Positions 36,800 through 50,379 of a stretch of DNA of 64,000 nucleotides are shown in pieces. A program made the position numbers and the translations under genes. The notes beneath the pieces are model-generated. The model saw only the letters and a program-made list of their open reading frames with translations, was not told where the DNA came from and searched no databases. The stretch's first letter is position 1; the number at the start of each line of letters is the position of its first letter. The stretch lies in the NCBI RefSeq assembly GCF_038025025.1, contig NW_027117348.1, forward strand, positions 620,001 to 684,000, given 5' to 3'. The DNA is from Phyllosticta citribraziliensis. Lineage: Eukaryota.

Positions 36800-39700
36800 T
36801 TTTCAAACGTCTGGCTAACACCTGTCAGTCTCTCAAAGGTCCACAGCTGGATCAGAGGATGAAAGGGTAGGTGAGGGAATATGAGGAGGTTTGAGATGGT
36901 GTCGAAACCATGGCACAGGCTACCATTATAAACGGCGACCTAAGAACAGGCGCACGGTGCAGGACCGGATATGTCCATCCGTTGCTCCCCAAGTTCTCGA
37001 TGGTCGATACCCATCCTGGAACCGTTAGTAGCCTGAATGTGAGATCTTGACAGTGTTGGAAACCCAGGCCATGGAGCCCAGGGAGCACGCGTAGGGTCAG
37101 AGGTACGAGTGACCGTGACAGCGGCGCTCTCTGCAGGGCAACTGCCGATTCCTGGCTGACAAGCAGGATCTGGTGCAAGCTGATCCCGTCAGATGCGATA
37201 TTGGGCATTGGGATTTCGCCGTGGGCAGGTAGTAGACCATGGATGCCGTGGCTTGAGATGGATTGTCTGCGGCGCTAGGCGGGGAGCCGGAGACCTGGTC
37301 GAGCCAAGCAACGGCGCGCTCCGTCCTCACAATTTCGTAGTGATAACCTGGGGGAGGCGTCTCGTGCTGGCGCCATGTCTCTTGATTTTGGTCGAGTTTG
37401 CACTAGCGACAACATGTCTCTAACGGCGTAGGGCAATTTCGGTGGTGCCTTCCAGCCGTTGCCGCTCAGCAGTGCTACAGTGTAGCTAGTCGCCAGCCAA
37501 CCGTCGGCCGGGACGACCGAGGCGACAAGAGTTGGACCAGATCCCCCAATAGCATCGCTGCGCCGCAACCAAAGCCCGCTCAGCTCAGCACCCAATCCCG
37601 TAGATGGAAGAAGAGGGAGGCGAATCTGGGCACCATTCGGGCACGGGACTCGGCGCGCAGTCACGAGTCGAGTCACGGTGCTGGTTGCTGTGACGCGTTG
37701 AGCAAATGGTGGAGGCGGGATCTCGACAGCCGTTGTGGTGTTGAGGTGGTTGGACGGACCGGGATCGAGGCTGCGGTTGGTCCCGAGCATGTCCAGCATC
37801 AACGACGTCGACCCTCGCCGCCCAAGATGGCCTTGCAAGAGTCAAGAACCACCGAAGAAATTTGGCAATGTCTTGTCCGCTGCCCAAAGTCTTCGTCGAC
37901 GTGTGCCTGAAAAGTCGCCGACGCTGCCAGACAAGCTTTTTGTCAAAGTTCTGACACTGCGTGGTGGTTGTTATTTTGAGATTGGGCCTTTGAGCGGCAA
38001 CAACTTCAGTAGCGCTGATGTTGCTGGCAACTCGCGCCCAAGTCCCTGGGTATCCCTTTTTGCGCCTCGTGGCTGGGTGATCTCCATTGATTCTTCATGA
38101 TCATCGCTATGCGCCTGAGGTCGTGATAGCTTCGGTAGAGCCGTTTGTTACCAGCCTCCAACCTCAAGGTGGCAGAGAAATTGCGCCTCGTCATTGCCGA
38201 CCACTTTACCAAGATTTTGACGATGTGAAGATTTCTGCGCGACTTGGGCAGCAAGAAAACACCTCTCCGGCACCATCTCTTCAAGACGCGTCCAAGGTCT
38301 CATCCACGGCTATACCAGACTGGCAAAGGAACAGTTCGTCGGTGACGTTGCAAAATGCTGCAAGTGCCTCGGTGCTGGCTTGCAGTATGCAGCCTGTTGC
38401 GCCGCTCCTGTCACCAGCAACACGTCTCTTTAGCCGCATAACACCAAGATTTAGCACTGCATAATGTATGCAGCAACATTAAGTCGGTACCGCACCAGCT
38501 CAACCACCTTTGTCTTTGACGTCAGCAGTTCTGCACAAGTCTTGAGCCATTTCTTCTCATCTTGGGTTTGCGTGCTTCGAATCTAGTGGGGATTGCTGGA
38601 AGTCGCTGCAAAGGTCGTATAGTTCATTTTCCGACACTCTTTTTCGGCAGTGCCTTCTGGCAACCTCTGTCGATCGAGTACATGAAAGCGTCATGACAGC
38701 GGTGGCTAGACGCTAGCTACAAAGGGTCGGATTGCGCAATACCCATGGCCGCGACGTCTGGACGTTCCACGGAAACTCGGCAGTGCGACAGCCGTCTTAT
38801 TTGAGGTGCCATCTCCACGCGGCGTCCTGTTTTTCCGGTTCTATTTTGACGGGTAGTAGATTCTAGGTCGAAACGTATGGTGGCCCGGTCCAAGGGTTCC
38901 TGTGGACGTGTGGCGACAAGGCAATTGAGTAGTTCAGCGCGGCGCGTCGGGGAATTTCCGAATGCGTCATTGGCTGCTCAGCATTTGACGTGGCACATCA
39001 GCCAATGGGGATATCGGTTGTCATCTTGTACCTGCATACACCGTCCGCATGTTGGCAGAATAATCTCCTAGCGCGCGTTGAAAGATGCAACGAACTCGTA
39101 ATCCGGATTTGATGATGGGTTCGCGCGGTGTGGTTATTTCAGGCTTCGGGTCAGCGCCACGACGCTTGTCCTTGTTGCAAACGTCAGAAAATCGCAGACC
39201 TCGGAGGAGTCCAAATAAGTACGCTCCTACCACCGCATATTTCGCTCAGTAGAGTTCGGCCTCTGTTTGTACGGCATGTTGAGCAGCACAAATTCATCTT
39301 GCAAACTCTCATGGTGCCGGCTTTCGTCCGGCCAATGAATTCGTTTCGTGTCAACGCCAAGCCAAAGCCGGATTTGTGAAGTTGTGAATATACTTTCTGG
39401 TCCAGTATCAAACAGCTCGGTGCTTACAGTCCAATCAAGAGGTCGGCCGAGCGGTGAGAGGTGTTATTTTCAAGCCGGCAAAGGCGGCAAAGGGGCCGAA
39501 AATGGTAAATTTCGATGGTCTCTGAATTTGACGACAAGTTGAAAATAGATTTGACACGAGTGGATGTGGATGGAAAGCGCTGACCTGGCAATAGAGACGA
39601 CACAGCGCGACGGTTCAGCCACGAACCGTCCGGAAGATTGCCACCCGGTGTTGAACGAATTCTGACATTTTGAACATTTTCGCGACGCGAACTCGCCTTG

Positions 39701-39821
39701 GGGCTCCAGAGGCGCCTCCATTCGAAGATTGATTTTTGCCATCACACCAACGCCATTCCAATGCTGCCAAAAGCCGTCCCATACTCCGAGCGCCGACCTG
39801 TAATCACTTTTCTTGATCTCT

Positions 39822-40517
39822 TTACGCGCCCTTCTTCCTGGCCCTGGCCTCGTTGGCCCTCTGTTTCCGCTCGTTTCTCTTGACGCGCTCGATCCTCTCC
39901 TTCCTGCCGACTGACCTCGGGTTGTCGGCTTCACCCGTCGCAGCCTCTTTGTTCGCATCGACCTCAACCAGCCATTGGTCATCGAGGTCCTTGTTCTTGC
40001 CCTTGTAGCCCCACTTTGGCACCCACTCGCCAGAAGCTTCGTCGTAAACCATCTTGGTGTCCCTCTTCTTGTCCTTGATGCCCTTCTTCTTCGCAAACAG
40101 CTCCCACTTGGTCGGTGCCTTGGGCTGCGGCACGAATTTTTCGCGGGGAAGAGGCGTGGTCGCAGTCGGAAGTTGAAGGAGCACACCTTCGGGGGTGGAG
40201 GTTATGGGGCAGGTTGAGAGGAGCTGGTTGAGCAAGCCTTGGGCGCAGTCGCGTGCTGCCGCACGGAGGGTGTCTTCATCGTGAGACTCGGGGAGAGGAT
40301 TGGCATCATTGCAAAGGAGGTTTCCAAGGTCGAAAGTGTATGGGATAGGCTTGTTGACGGTGACTGGCCTAGCAAAAGTTGTCAGTATTGGAGCTGCCGA
40401 AAAGTGCGCCCAGGGTGCTTACATGCGCTGCTTTGCGGTGCCAGCTTCATTCGAGTCCACATCCATCATATCAGTGTCTCCGTGATTTGCGACGTCGACT
40501 GTTTTGTTGGTGCTCAT
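39822..40517 (-). CDS. RRS1: Ribosome biogenesis regulator Rrs1; intron 40422-40369
   Basis: PIPYTFDLGNLL, RDCAQGLLNQLL, LPREK..PTKWELFAKKKGI, WVPKWGYKG. Confidence 0.95.
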
Positions 40518-40678
40518 TTTGCGCGAGCGTGTGGTGCAGAATGCGGAGGTTTGCGACGAGCAAGTCCTCCGCCCCAAAAAATTCGTCGGCGTTGGAAAAT
40601 TCCGGCCTCCGCGGATTGATGCGCGCATCACCGAGCAACACCTACAGCTCCATTCGCGCATCCCATCACACCAGAGCT

Positions 40679-42171
40679 ATGCCTCCACGAGCTGGCCTGG
40701 GGCAATTGCCTCTCAGGCCGTCCAATCTCTTCAAACCGACTGCATCTCGCCAACCCGCCGCCAGCGTCGCTCCATTCACAACCTTCGCTCCCCTCCTCGC
40801 GCTACCAGGCGCAAAGAAGTCGGTTTCGAGGGCTGGCCCGCCCGAAAAGGGCAAACGTATGACGGTCGTAAAGAAGAAAGCTCCATCCTCTTCACAGACT
40901 GTTCGCCCACCAAATGTTGGAGAGCGCAAGGCTCTGCGCAAACGCATCGTACTCAGCAACGACAACGCGCTAGATGTGCCATGGGTGACGGACTTGGAAG
41001 CGTCCTCGCTCGAAAAGGATGCCATTGATGAACTGTATGGCAAGGTTCTTGGAATACCAATGGAGACGGTGGATCAGCTTCGTGCGGTAGAAGCATTCAA
41101 GACCAACCAAGGATGGAGTCTGTACCGGAGACCGGCTATGCTGATGAGAAAAGAGACTGTGGAGTTGGCCAAGCTGCTTTTGCAGGCGCAAGAAGAGAAG
41201 GATACATTCAGAAGAATCATTCACGGCGATAGGGCAAGCGGGAAGACGACATTATTGCTGCAGGCTATGGCCATGTCTTTTGCCAAGGGTGTTTTGGTGA
41301 TAAATTTCCCGGATGGTGCGTTTACATCTGCTTATGCGGCTGCTGCAATATGCTAACACCTGCCGCTCCAGCCAAGGAGTTTGTCCTCAGCCACAGCCAC
41401 TACGCGCCTCTCGAGGGCACCAATCCCACGCAATACGTCCAAAAGACTAGAATCTCAGAGGTTTTGAAGAAGATTGGTGAAGCCAATGCAGCAATCCTCA
41501 AGGAGCTGCGTGTAGCCCAAAAGTACCCCGTCGTCCGGGGAGAAGCAACACTATTAGACTTGGTCCAGATCGGTGCCAATGACGCCGACTTGGCCTGGCC
41601 GGCGATGAAGGCCTTTTGGACGGAGATCAATTTGCCTTCGAACAAGAACGACCCGGCCCTTTCTCGTCCACCCGTCTTGTTTTGCGTCGACAATGTGTCA
41701 TACATTATGAACAAGTCCGAATACGATGACCGCAACGTCCAAAAGATTCACGCACACGACCTGGCGATTGTCAGGCAGCTTACTGACCTCCTTTCCGGCG
41801 CGAGCAAGTTCAGAAACGGCGGCTTGGTCTTGGCCGCCACGTCTGGAAGCGATTCGCCCAAGTCAGAAACCATGGACTTTGCCATCCAGCTCAACGGAGC
41901 CAAAAAGGCCGGTGTGCCCGAGGAAGAGTTGCCACAGTGGAGCCCCTTCAAGAAGATTGACGAGCACACGTTCAGGGCTTTGAGAGACGTGGAGCCGCTA
42001 GAGATGACTGGCTTGAGCAAGGAGGAGGCGCGCACCGTCATGGAGTACTACGCTGCCAGCGGCCTAGTGAGGAGAGCAGTGGATTATAAGCTGGTTGGCG
42101 AGAAGTGGACGCTGTCTGGCGGAGGTATCATTGGTGAGCTCGAGAGGGCTTGTGTGAGGCAGAGGATGTGA
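40679..42171 (+). CDS. RSM23: Mitochondrial small-subunit ribosomal protein mS29 (Rsm23/DAP3); intron 41316-41370
   Basis: GERKALRKRIVLSN, LRAVEAFK..QGW, P-loop GDRASGKT, MEYYAASG, EKWTLSGGGIIGELER. Confidence 0.9.
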
Positions 42172-43401
42172 AGAGAAATCCGAAAGCAGCACGTCAGGCA
42201 ATGTATTCTAACGTCCTTGGTGGACAGCTGGTCCAAAAATGTTTCAGACGCTCCAAATGAGACCCTGTCACTGCTCCAGGCCAGGTATCACAACATGCGC
42301 ATTAACCTGCTGATGGAATGTAGGCATTTTAAACGGTGATTGTCAACTGACATTTCCCACAGCCTGATTCAGTGCCTGCCACTGATTCCCACCACATCAC
42401 GTAAGCTCGTCTATCCGAGCTATCGAATCATGGGGGCCATTCAGGTTTCAAGAGACTTTTTGTCGAAACCTTCCATCTCAGCTCGTGGGAAGGCGAGCTT
42501 CAAACATGTCGGCGCCGGTCGGACGACAGATGGCAGTTCTGATTTGACGGTCCTCACCAAGGTTCGCTGTCCGACATACTTCCACCTTGGCGGAGCGTTG
42601 GCGCACGCGCCAAGCCAGGCGTCCGCCACTATACCACCTCAACTCGCTCCGGTCTCGAGATCTGTGGTGGCTATGCTGCATCGTCCGTAGAAGAGCTGAA
42701 CGCTTCCGCCTTTTCAGTCGAAACGTGCCCGGTCTCTGCTTTTCATTCGCGAGAAAACATCTCTTCGCCCGATCCGCCACATAAGCTTGGCCTTCTGGGG
42801 CGCAATACATTTACTTACAAACTCTTTGAGTTGACTCCCAGGCCACTCCACCTTCCCCATCCAGTGTCCTTGCCGTTATTTACAATCGGTTAGGCTCTCT
42901 CAGCGAGGCTGAATGTGCGGAAACTCCCTCCAAACAGGCAAACGGCCGTACGACTTTGCTTAGCCGCGCAACATTGGCTTGGCCAGTCGAACCAACATGT
43001 TCCGCTGCGCCTTGGCGGGCGGGGTGCCCTCGCTGCATGCTTGGGAGGCTTGGCTCAGTCCGCCCTCTGATGAACCATCCGCCCACGTGCGAAAACTACT
43101 TGTTGCGTTTGGTCTCTCTCTTCTGACTTGGGGGCGGGAGTCATGGCGAGATCAAGCTCCAGAGTAACGCCGCTCCCTCGTTTGCGTCGCCTTCGGGGAC
43201 GTCAATATGCGACAAGAGGATAAAGACCACGGCTGCTCCTTGTCCGCCGAGGGCTAGCACTGGACCATGCAGCTTGTTTGTGCGCGTCTGCAAAAATCCT
43301 TGTCATCTTTTTGAGTCTATTCTCTTGGGATTTTTCACAAAAGGCAGCAGCCCGTCTGTTTACTCCTCCAATTCACCAGCCGCCTTTTGCAAACCGCCGC
43401 G

Positions 43402-45221
43402 ATGCCGGGAGTGATCGCTTCACTCAAGGAGAGTTGGTACCTCTTCTCTCCGTCCGAGAAAAAGAACATCGCCCTGTACATAATTGGTATTATGCTGTAC
43501 AAGTTCGGTATGGAAAAATTCATGGATTCCAAAGAGAGGCAAAGAGGAAGGAAGGAAGAAAAAGAGAAGGATCTCTGGCATCACATTGACTAACAGCTTC
43601 TTTAGGACTTGAGGCTTTCAACGGTTCAATTACAGCACTGGCAACAAATCGCTACGACTGGGAAGCAGAACAAGCCGGAGTACGGGCAAAAACCTTTCAG
43701 AGAGTCGGACTGCTCCAGGGACTCAACCAGGCGTTCCAATGTGTTGGCGCCATCCTGATTGCGCCTCTGATCAAGCGCTGGCCCACCAGGCTAGTTCTGT
43801 CTGCCGCAATCGTCGTCTTTGGTGTCTTGACGGCACTACTCCTGGTCATCGACGCGTCGACTGGAGGAAAGATACGGCCGTCGAGCGTGACAGATGACGA
43901 CGACTACAGCTACTACGGTATGTGACCCCGAACTTTCGGAAAATATTTCTCTAACTCCGGGCAGGGGATTACAACACCGACGGAATGATTCCCGTTTACA
44001 CCATTGCCGGTATCGCATATGGCATGGTGGAACTCATCAGAAGAGTCATCCCTCGTGACATTGTTGGCGGCAATGTACAGAAGCTGCGGCGAATGGGTAA
44101 GTGCACACGCACATCCAAGATTGAGAGCCAAAACTGATTTTGTAGACGCTTTGGTCCACATTTTCTACGAAATTAGTGGAACATCAGGTGCCTTTTGCAC
44201 CGCGCTGGGACTAATTCCCAATCTCGGCAACAACATGGCCTTCATTATTACACCGATTTGCTTTACCCTCGCCGCCGTATCCTGGTACTTCGTTTCCAAC
44301 CTCAACTTCGTCTCGAGTCTCGAAGACATGGACAACGCCAACTACTTCACGAGCGTCTGGACCGGCACAATCCTATTCTTCAAGTCCGTATGGACTGGCG
44401 GCAAAATCATCTTCTCCTCGCGCAAGACCATCTGGCTGCTCCCAGGATACACAGTGGCCCTTTATGGCCATCGATACCTCGAGAACGGCATTGCTCCAGC
44501 CGTTGCTAAGCGTTACCTCAAGAACTCGGCGTGGTCGCAAATCATGGTCGGCGGTAGCAACTTTGGCGAGCTCTTCGGCGCCCTCTTCGTCTTCCTCTTC
44601 ACCAACCTCATCACCACGCCCATCCCGTGGCTGCGGCTCGACGCTCTGTTCCTCCTCATCGTATGGTACCTACCGTACTGGTACCCACCGGCGAACCAGG
44701 TCAACCAGGCCTGGATTGTCGCAGCGACCTTCCTGCCCGTTTCGTTCGGCTGGGCGGCTGGAGATGTGTCCCTGGCAGCCTACATTCAAGCCACGCTCGC
44801 CCGGAAAGAGGACGAGAACAAAGATGTGTCCGCTCTCGGCGCCGTCATGGCCTTTTTGTACAGCTCGTACATCGTCATTTACGCCATTGCCAACCCACTC
44901 CTCGGAGACTACATCGACAGCGTTTACGCGAAGACCGGAGGCAGCAACGGCGGCAACATCCACGAAGCTATCCGCAACGTGGCCGGCGTGCAGTTTACCC
45001 TCATCTGCGTCATTGTGCTTAGCGCGTCGCTTATCCCTAGGGGTGCGATTGCGTTCAACCCGAAGATGCTGTACGGCGAGAGCTTGGAGCGCGAACTCGA
45101 CGAGGAGTCGACGGGTTCGCTCAACAAGAAGAATGCCGAAGTCGTGGACGGCGAGAAGGACACCACGCAGATTGAGGAAGAGACGATCAGGGGCGATAGC
45201 CACTCGCCTCCGAGGGCGTAG
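43402..45221 (+). CDS. MFS-like multi-pass membrane protein; three introns (~43508-43606, ~43918-43964, ~44097-44145)
   Basis: Spliced IGIMLYKFG|LEAFNGSI..GLNQAFQCVGAILIAPLIKRW..ELIRRVIPRDIVGG..RRMD|ALVHIFYE; many hydrophobic helices. Confidence 0.8.
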
Positions 45222-47402
45222 GGTGGTTGCGCGCTTTTCATCTTGGTTCGGTTGGGTGGGGTTTGTCTAGACTGGTTGACTTGCGTCTGATGATAATGAC
45301 CAGGGGGATATCTATTTGCTTTTTTGTTACCTCACGTTCTTTGTCTATAGATTGATTTCATCAAGTTCCTGCGGAACTTTGGTTGTAGTTGAAGTAATGG
45401 CGATGCCGCCCCCTGTATTGGCGCCTCTGTCTCCTTTTGTCTTCCTGTTGTTTCTCCTCCGTCCTCAACATCTGTATGCGCCTTTGAATGCTCCATGTAC
45501 GTCTTACTTTCCGCCCACATACTTTTCTCCATCATTCAGCACCATTGTTGAGGAACAATATTGTCTCATTCTGCTGAACTTTGAGAACAGATAATGACAG
45601 TCCCCGTCTCTCACACTCCACGCACTTCTCGCAAAGAAAATGACAGCAAACCACCACGCACACACACAGTCGACTTGGGAGTAAGCCCGTACTCCACAGT
45701 ACCTCCTTGAGGCGTTGAGTGAAGCAGCCACATCTTGAAGGTGCTGTGGACGCCGACTTGAGGGACTGGCGGCGTACCTTTATATCTCCTATGCGCGCAC
45801 AGCCCTTTCCTACACGTGCTAGCGAAGCAGATGTCAGGAGTCTCGTGGACAGGTGTGATGGCGCCGTGTCTTTCACATGATGGTCGAGAAGCTTCTGCCA
45901 CATGTGCAGGCAAACCGCGCGCCCTGAGAGCCTTTGCACGCAAGCGCACGTGTTGGACAGTGCAACAAGGGCAAGTTTGCATGTGTTGAGATTACTGCAG
46001 TCCAAAAGTGAAAGAATGGCACAGGAGGCAATCCTCTTGAGCGGATATTTGTGCATTGTGAATTTGAGGATCAATCACCTTTTTTGACCCGCAAGAAAAC
46101 CCCGTTGGCGGGCCCAGCTCTACCATCAGACTACACTGTCCTTCCTTAATCTCAGTCACTTCACGTTCACCCTTCTCAGAGCACCATGGCAACCATCCTG
46201 GAGGAGAAGAAAGCTCACTACCGCAAACAAATCCGCGAGGCTACGGACGCCTTGGCCAGACTGGAGCGTCTTGAGAAGGTCTCTTCGCCTGCACTGTTCT
46301 GATTGAGGCTCTGCTAACACATAAGCCCAGAACTTTATCGCAATGGTGGATTCCTTCGAGACGCACGAAGACCTCGAGTGGGCTCTGGCCTCATTGATCA
46401 ACAGTAGGGCTGTCCTAAAGCGAGAGAGACTTTATTTGACCAGTCTAGGCGCTGTTGAACACGGCATGCCCCTGGGCGAAGGATTCGATTGGTGACAGCT
46501 CATGGAAAAGTACAAGAAGAGCGCGCTCAGATGCCCTTGCGGAAAACACAGCGGCAAGGCAGCTGTATCATCACGCGGCTCTGGACAGACATCTGGATCC
46601 GGTTCAAAAACAACGGGTTAGTCTTTGGCGCCTCAAGTCTCCGAGTGGGAAGGAAGGGAGACCCTCGGGAATTCAGTGAGTCTATCCGAACAGATGGTCC
46701 TGGAAGCGGCACTAACGAGAAGTGCGAGCATGATGCGTGGAAGCCCACAAAACGAGCCTGTCCTCTGTCCGTCGTCTTCGATCACGCGTAATGGAGCCAT
46801 GTGGGTGTGGTCATCGGACACCCAAACAGAGTGAGCCAACAAAAGCGGGGAAGTTCATGAACGACGGGCAGGAAGAGATTGGGCTTGGAAGCAAATTGGG
46901 GGATCTGATGGGGAAGAGATCGGTGAATGCATGAGAAGCCCTTTTGCAAATGCGGGCGCAAAGAGATTGAGAAATTCTTCGAGCCTGAGGGTGTATGGCA
47001 ATAGTCACGGCACGCAAACCTGCACCTCCAAGTTGGAGCTTATGATTGCTCCTGGTTGCCATCTCTCAGATACTTGAATCTTGCGAGTAATTCAGCTTGG
47101 ATGCTCCCTGTGAATCACCTGTCAAAGTGAATGAATACTCCCAACTGCACTCTTTTCGCCGCGTGTGTCGCGAATTCTGTCACCAAGTCTGTCGCTGCGG
47201 CGACACTGCCAAAACATGCATTCACCTCCAAAACCCACACTCGACCCAACTGACGACAAGAATCCCCCGACCCTGATCCGTTTCGCTCATAGCACCACAA
47301 AGCATTTTCTGGCGTCTCTCTCACCAGAGGACGCCACTCGTTTCCTGCCGCTTCTTTACACACCCAACAAACTCCACTGGCGTTCGCCCGCATCACTTCA
47401 AC

Positions 47403-48565
47403 ATGGCTGATGCAGCGAGCATGGAACGCTTTATCCAAGCCATTCTCAGCAATGATGCGGAGCCTGACACCGGCAGTGAAAGCTCTTACTCGGAGGTAAG
47501 CTGATCCTCTTACTCTTCTACCGTTCGCAGTCCTTCGGCTAACCGCTTTGCTGTCCATCGTGTCTGATGACGACCATGGGACCTCAAGCACCGCAGCCGA
47601 CGACACGACGTTTCCCGAATCCCATGTCTCCTTCCGCGACAACGGCGCCAGCATCTCGGAGCTGGGCAACGCGGCCTTTGAGAAACTAGCCGCGAGGCAG
47701 GCTGCTGAGCAGAAGGAAGACGCCGACGTCGAATGGGCGAGGAATTGGCTGGTATTTGTCTGCAAGGTCTTTGGAGACCCGGGTCTCCGCTCGCTCAAGC
47801 GGACGACGGACCTGCTGCGCTCCGGCAGAAGCAAAAGCCCGCCGCAGCAGCAGCACGTGCCGGCCGCAATTCAGGAATTCCTCGACAACATCTGCGCTCT
47901 CCATCATCACATCGTTACATTGGATAATGAAGCGTATGTGAAGTGCAAGGCTGATGCAGATGTCGCGCGATCCTGGCAGCCCTTCAAGACGCGCCTGGAC
48001 GCGAACGACGCAGAGCTATTGGGGTTCATCGAGAACAGCCAGGACATCCAGAGGCTTAAGCAGCGTAAGCCGGACGGCACCAACGAGGACCTGTGCAAGG
48101 GATGGCTGGCGCTCAAGGCTTACACCACCGCGTACGAAGAGGGATCGCTGGACGGAGACAAGTTGGACGAGGCCTGGCAAAACATCAGCCACACGATTGC
48201 CGTCGGCGAGCACCTCCTGCTCTTCGAGCATCACTTCGGAAGCGCGGTCTTCTTGCTCTTCGTCAAGGGCTGGGAGTCTCTGTAAGTTTCGTCCCGGCAT
48301 CGATGACTTTTGCATTCGTCCTGACAACGACGCCAGGTTCCAAGAGGGCCACCTAGAGATGACCAGAGAGATGATAGAGGACTTTCTTCTTGGCAGCTGC
48401 CCACGTCTTCCTACGCTCGTCAAAAACCTCGATCCGATCGCCCTCCACGTCGACAATGATGGAGGCGCTCTGCCGCGTTATGGATTTGAAGCGCCGGGAG
48501 CGTTGAAGGACGGCAACCGATCGTTGGAGGCTCTGCTGAGTATCACCGATGGTGGAGAGACTTGA
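47403..48565 (+). CDS. Hypothetical protein, probably lineage-specific; 5' exon structure uncertain, intron 48282-48337
   Basis: Coding-like ORF 47548-48285 continues in frame after a GTAAGT..CTGAC..CAG intron; an upstream ATG exon 47403-47495 ends at GTAAGC but its acceptor is unclear. Confidence 0.55.
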
Positions 48566-49917
48566 TGAAAGGAGAGGGGCGGCTCCTGCAAGCGCGAGAC
48601 CGTGCGACTAGATGGTCGTTTTCTTGGGCGTATCCTTGGCTATGGGCCAAAAAGAAAGGAAGGAACAGGAAGGAGAGGAAACGGAAAGGATAGGGGCCGG
48701 ACGATCACGCCTCGTAGCAATACCACCAACACCAAGGGGTTGAGTTGAAGAGCCAAAAGACTTGACACACAGATTGCAGATAAATCAAAAGATGGATAAA
48801 GAGAGACTCAACCGCGATTCTTGCGGGTAGATACCTGTTTTGGCGTCAGGCCAATGGTGAAATGACAGCGGCGATGGCAGCGAGCCGGCGACATCAACAC
48901 CTCGACGGCAACGATGACGGCGGCGACAAGTAGCAACGTGGTCCCTGAGCTGCAGAACTTCTCAGTAGACGAGGGAAAGTAAAACAGAACAGGGCGATTG
49001 CTCGCAGCGCTGTTTGTGGTGAAGTGACGAGTGTGGTGGTGGTAAGTGACTGAGAGACCATTGTCACGCAGGGGACGCATCATCCCAGGCATCCAGGGGA
49101 GTCGAGAGACCAAACTGCGGTGGTCGACAGGAGACATGTTGGTCAATGTGCAATCGCGCGCACACCTGACATCCAAAGCACGTGAGGTGACAGCAGAGAT
49201 TCAACCTAACTCACCGCCGCCGAAGCTCGTGACGAAGACACTGAGTTGGAAAATGATGGATTTATCATATCTTTTGATTTCGCCATTGTCCCGAATACGT
49301 AGGTTGTCATTTTGAGTAAAGGAAAGATTCAGAGCAGGTGGAGCCGCCGTGATGACAATGAAAGCCTCGCCGTCGCCTCAGAGAGCCAGAAAAGGAACAA
49401 CAAGATGGCGTGATAGTTCTAGAAAGTAACAGAGAGGGGCGATATGGATGAGAGGCAGCGTCAAAATGAGATTTTTGAGTAAACATGAAATCGGACGTCT
49501 GTCTTTTGCGTCGATGAGTCTTCGGGGAGGATAGAGAGTGGGTATAGATGGGGTATTTTGGGGGGTTGGGGTATAGGAAATCGCAAAGCGTCGTGTCGTG
49601 TCGTATAATTTCGGGTGGAGGTGTTGGGAAAAACGTATGCTGGAGTTGGTTTCGACAAACAAAACCGCGACCGACCAGGATCTTTCCCTAAAAACGGAAA
49701 AATGACAGGAACTCAAAGACGGCACAGTGGGTGTCGTGAGAAACAAAACTCCTTTCATGTGGCTGTCAGGCGCAACTGTGGCAGCAGATGAATGCTCCCC
49801 AGATGCAGCTGTAGCCCTTCTTGACACCCACTGTGACGGCCTTGCATAGGACCTGCAAGTCATGCCACATTCCAGGCCACAACCACTTGTGTGACCATTT
49901 TAAACAACCTATGCAGG

Positions 49918-50379
49918 TCAAACAAAATACCTGGCCAGCTTAGCCAAGCTCATCAAGCTCTGGAAATTCAAGCCCTCGCTGCCGTATTCCCTACCATAGC
50001 CGGTGCTGCCATAGTAGCCGGTGCTGTAGCTCCGCGATCCGTAGTTGCTGAGACCGGGACCTCCGAGGACGCCGTTCAATGCCCGCGGCAAGCTGATGCC
50101 GTACTGCCGCAAGATTCCATGGAGCGCGCCGCTGCTCAGGAGCGGCCCGAGGACCATGAAGAAGAGCTTGACCGGGTGGCGCCGCGCATAGTCGTAGAGC
50201 TCGCGCAGCAGGCGCCGAAGCTGGTGAAGGAGGCGCTGAATGTAGCCATCGCGCGGGCGCCGCTTGTAGTATGAGGACGAGTGCGAATGGGAGGAATAGT
50301 GGCTGGCGGGCCCGCGCGAGTACGAGGGACGGTAGGTCGAGTGGGAAGAGTATGGAGAACGAGAATTGAACCAGCCCAT
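49918..50379 (-). CDS. Small hypothetical protein (153 aa; Ser/Tyr/Gly-rich ends, central amphipathic and hydrophobic helices)
   Basis: MGWF.. start with good context; YKRRPRDGYIQRLLHQLRRLLRELYDYARRHPVKLFFMVLGPLLSSGAL; GC-rich codons. Confidence 0.75.
   Translation of the reverse strand: MGWFNSRSPYSSHSTYRPSYSRGPASHYSSHSHSSSYYKRRPRDGYIQRLLHQLRRLLRELYDYARRHPVKLFFMVLGPLLSSGALHGILRQYGISLPRALNGVLGGPGLSNYGSRSYSTGYYGSTGYGREYGSEGLNFQSLMSLAKLARYFV

Noticed and set aside
37275..38464. ORFs of 187 aa (-) and 125 aa (+) upstream of the laccase
   Set aside because: No motifs, weak coding character and no supporting splice structure; treated as intergenic
34751..45221. Laccase plus MFS transporter as a secondary metabolite cluster
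   Set aside because: Separated by RRS1 and RSM23, with no PKS, NRPS, terpene synthase or cluster regulator in the window
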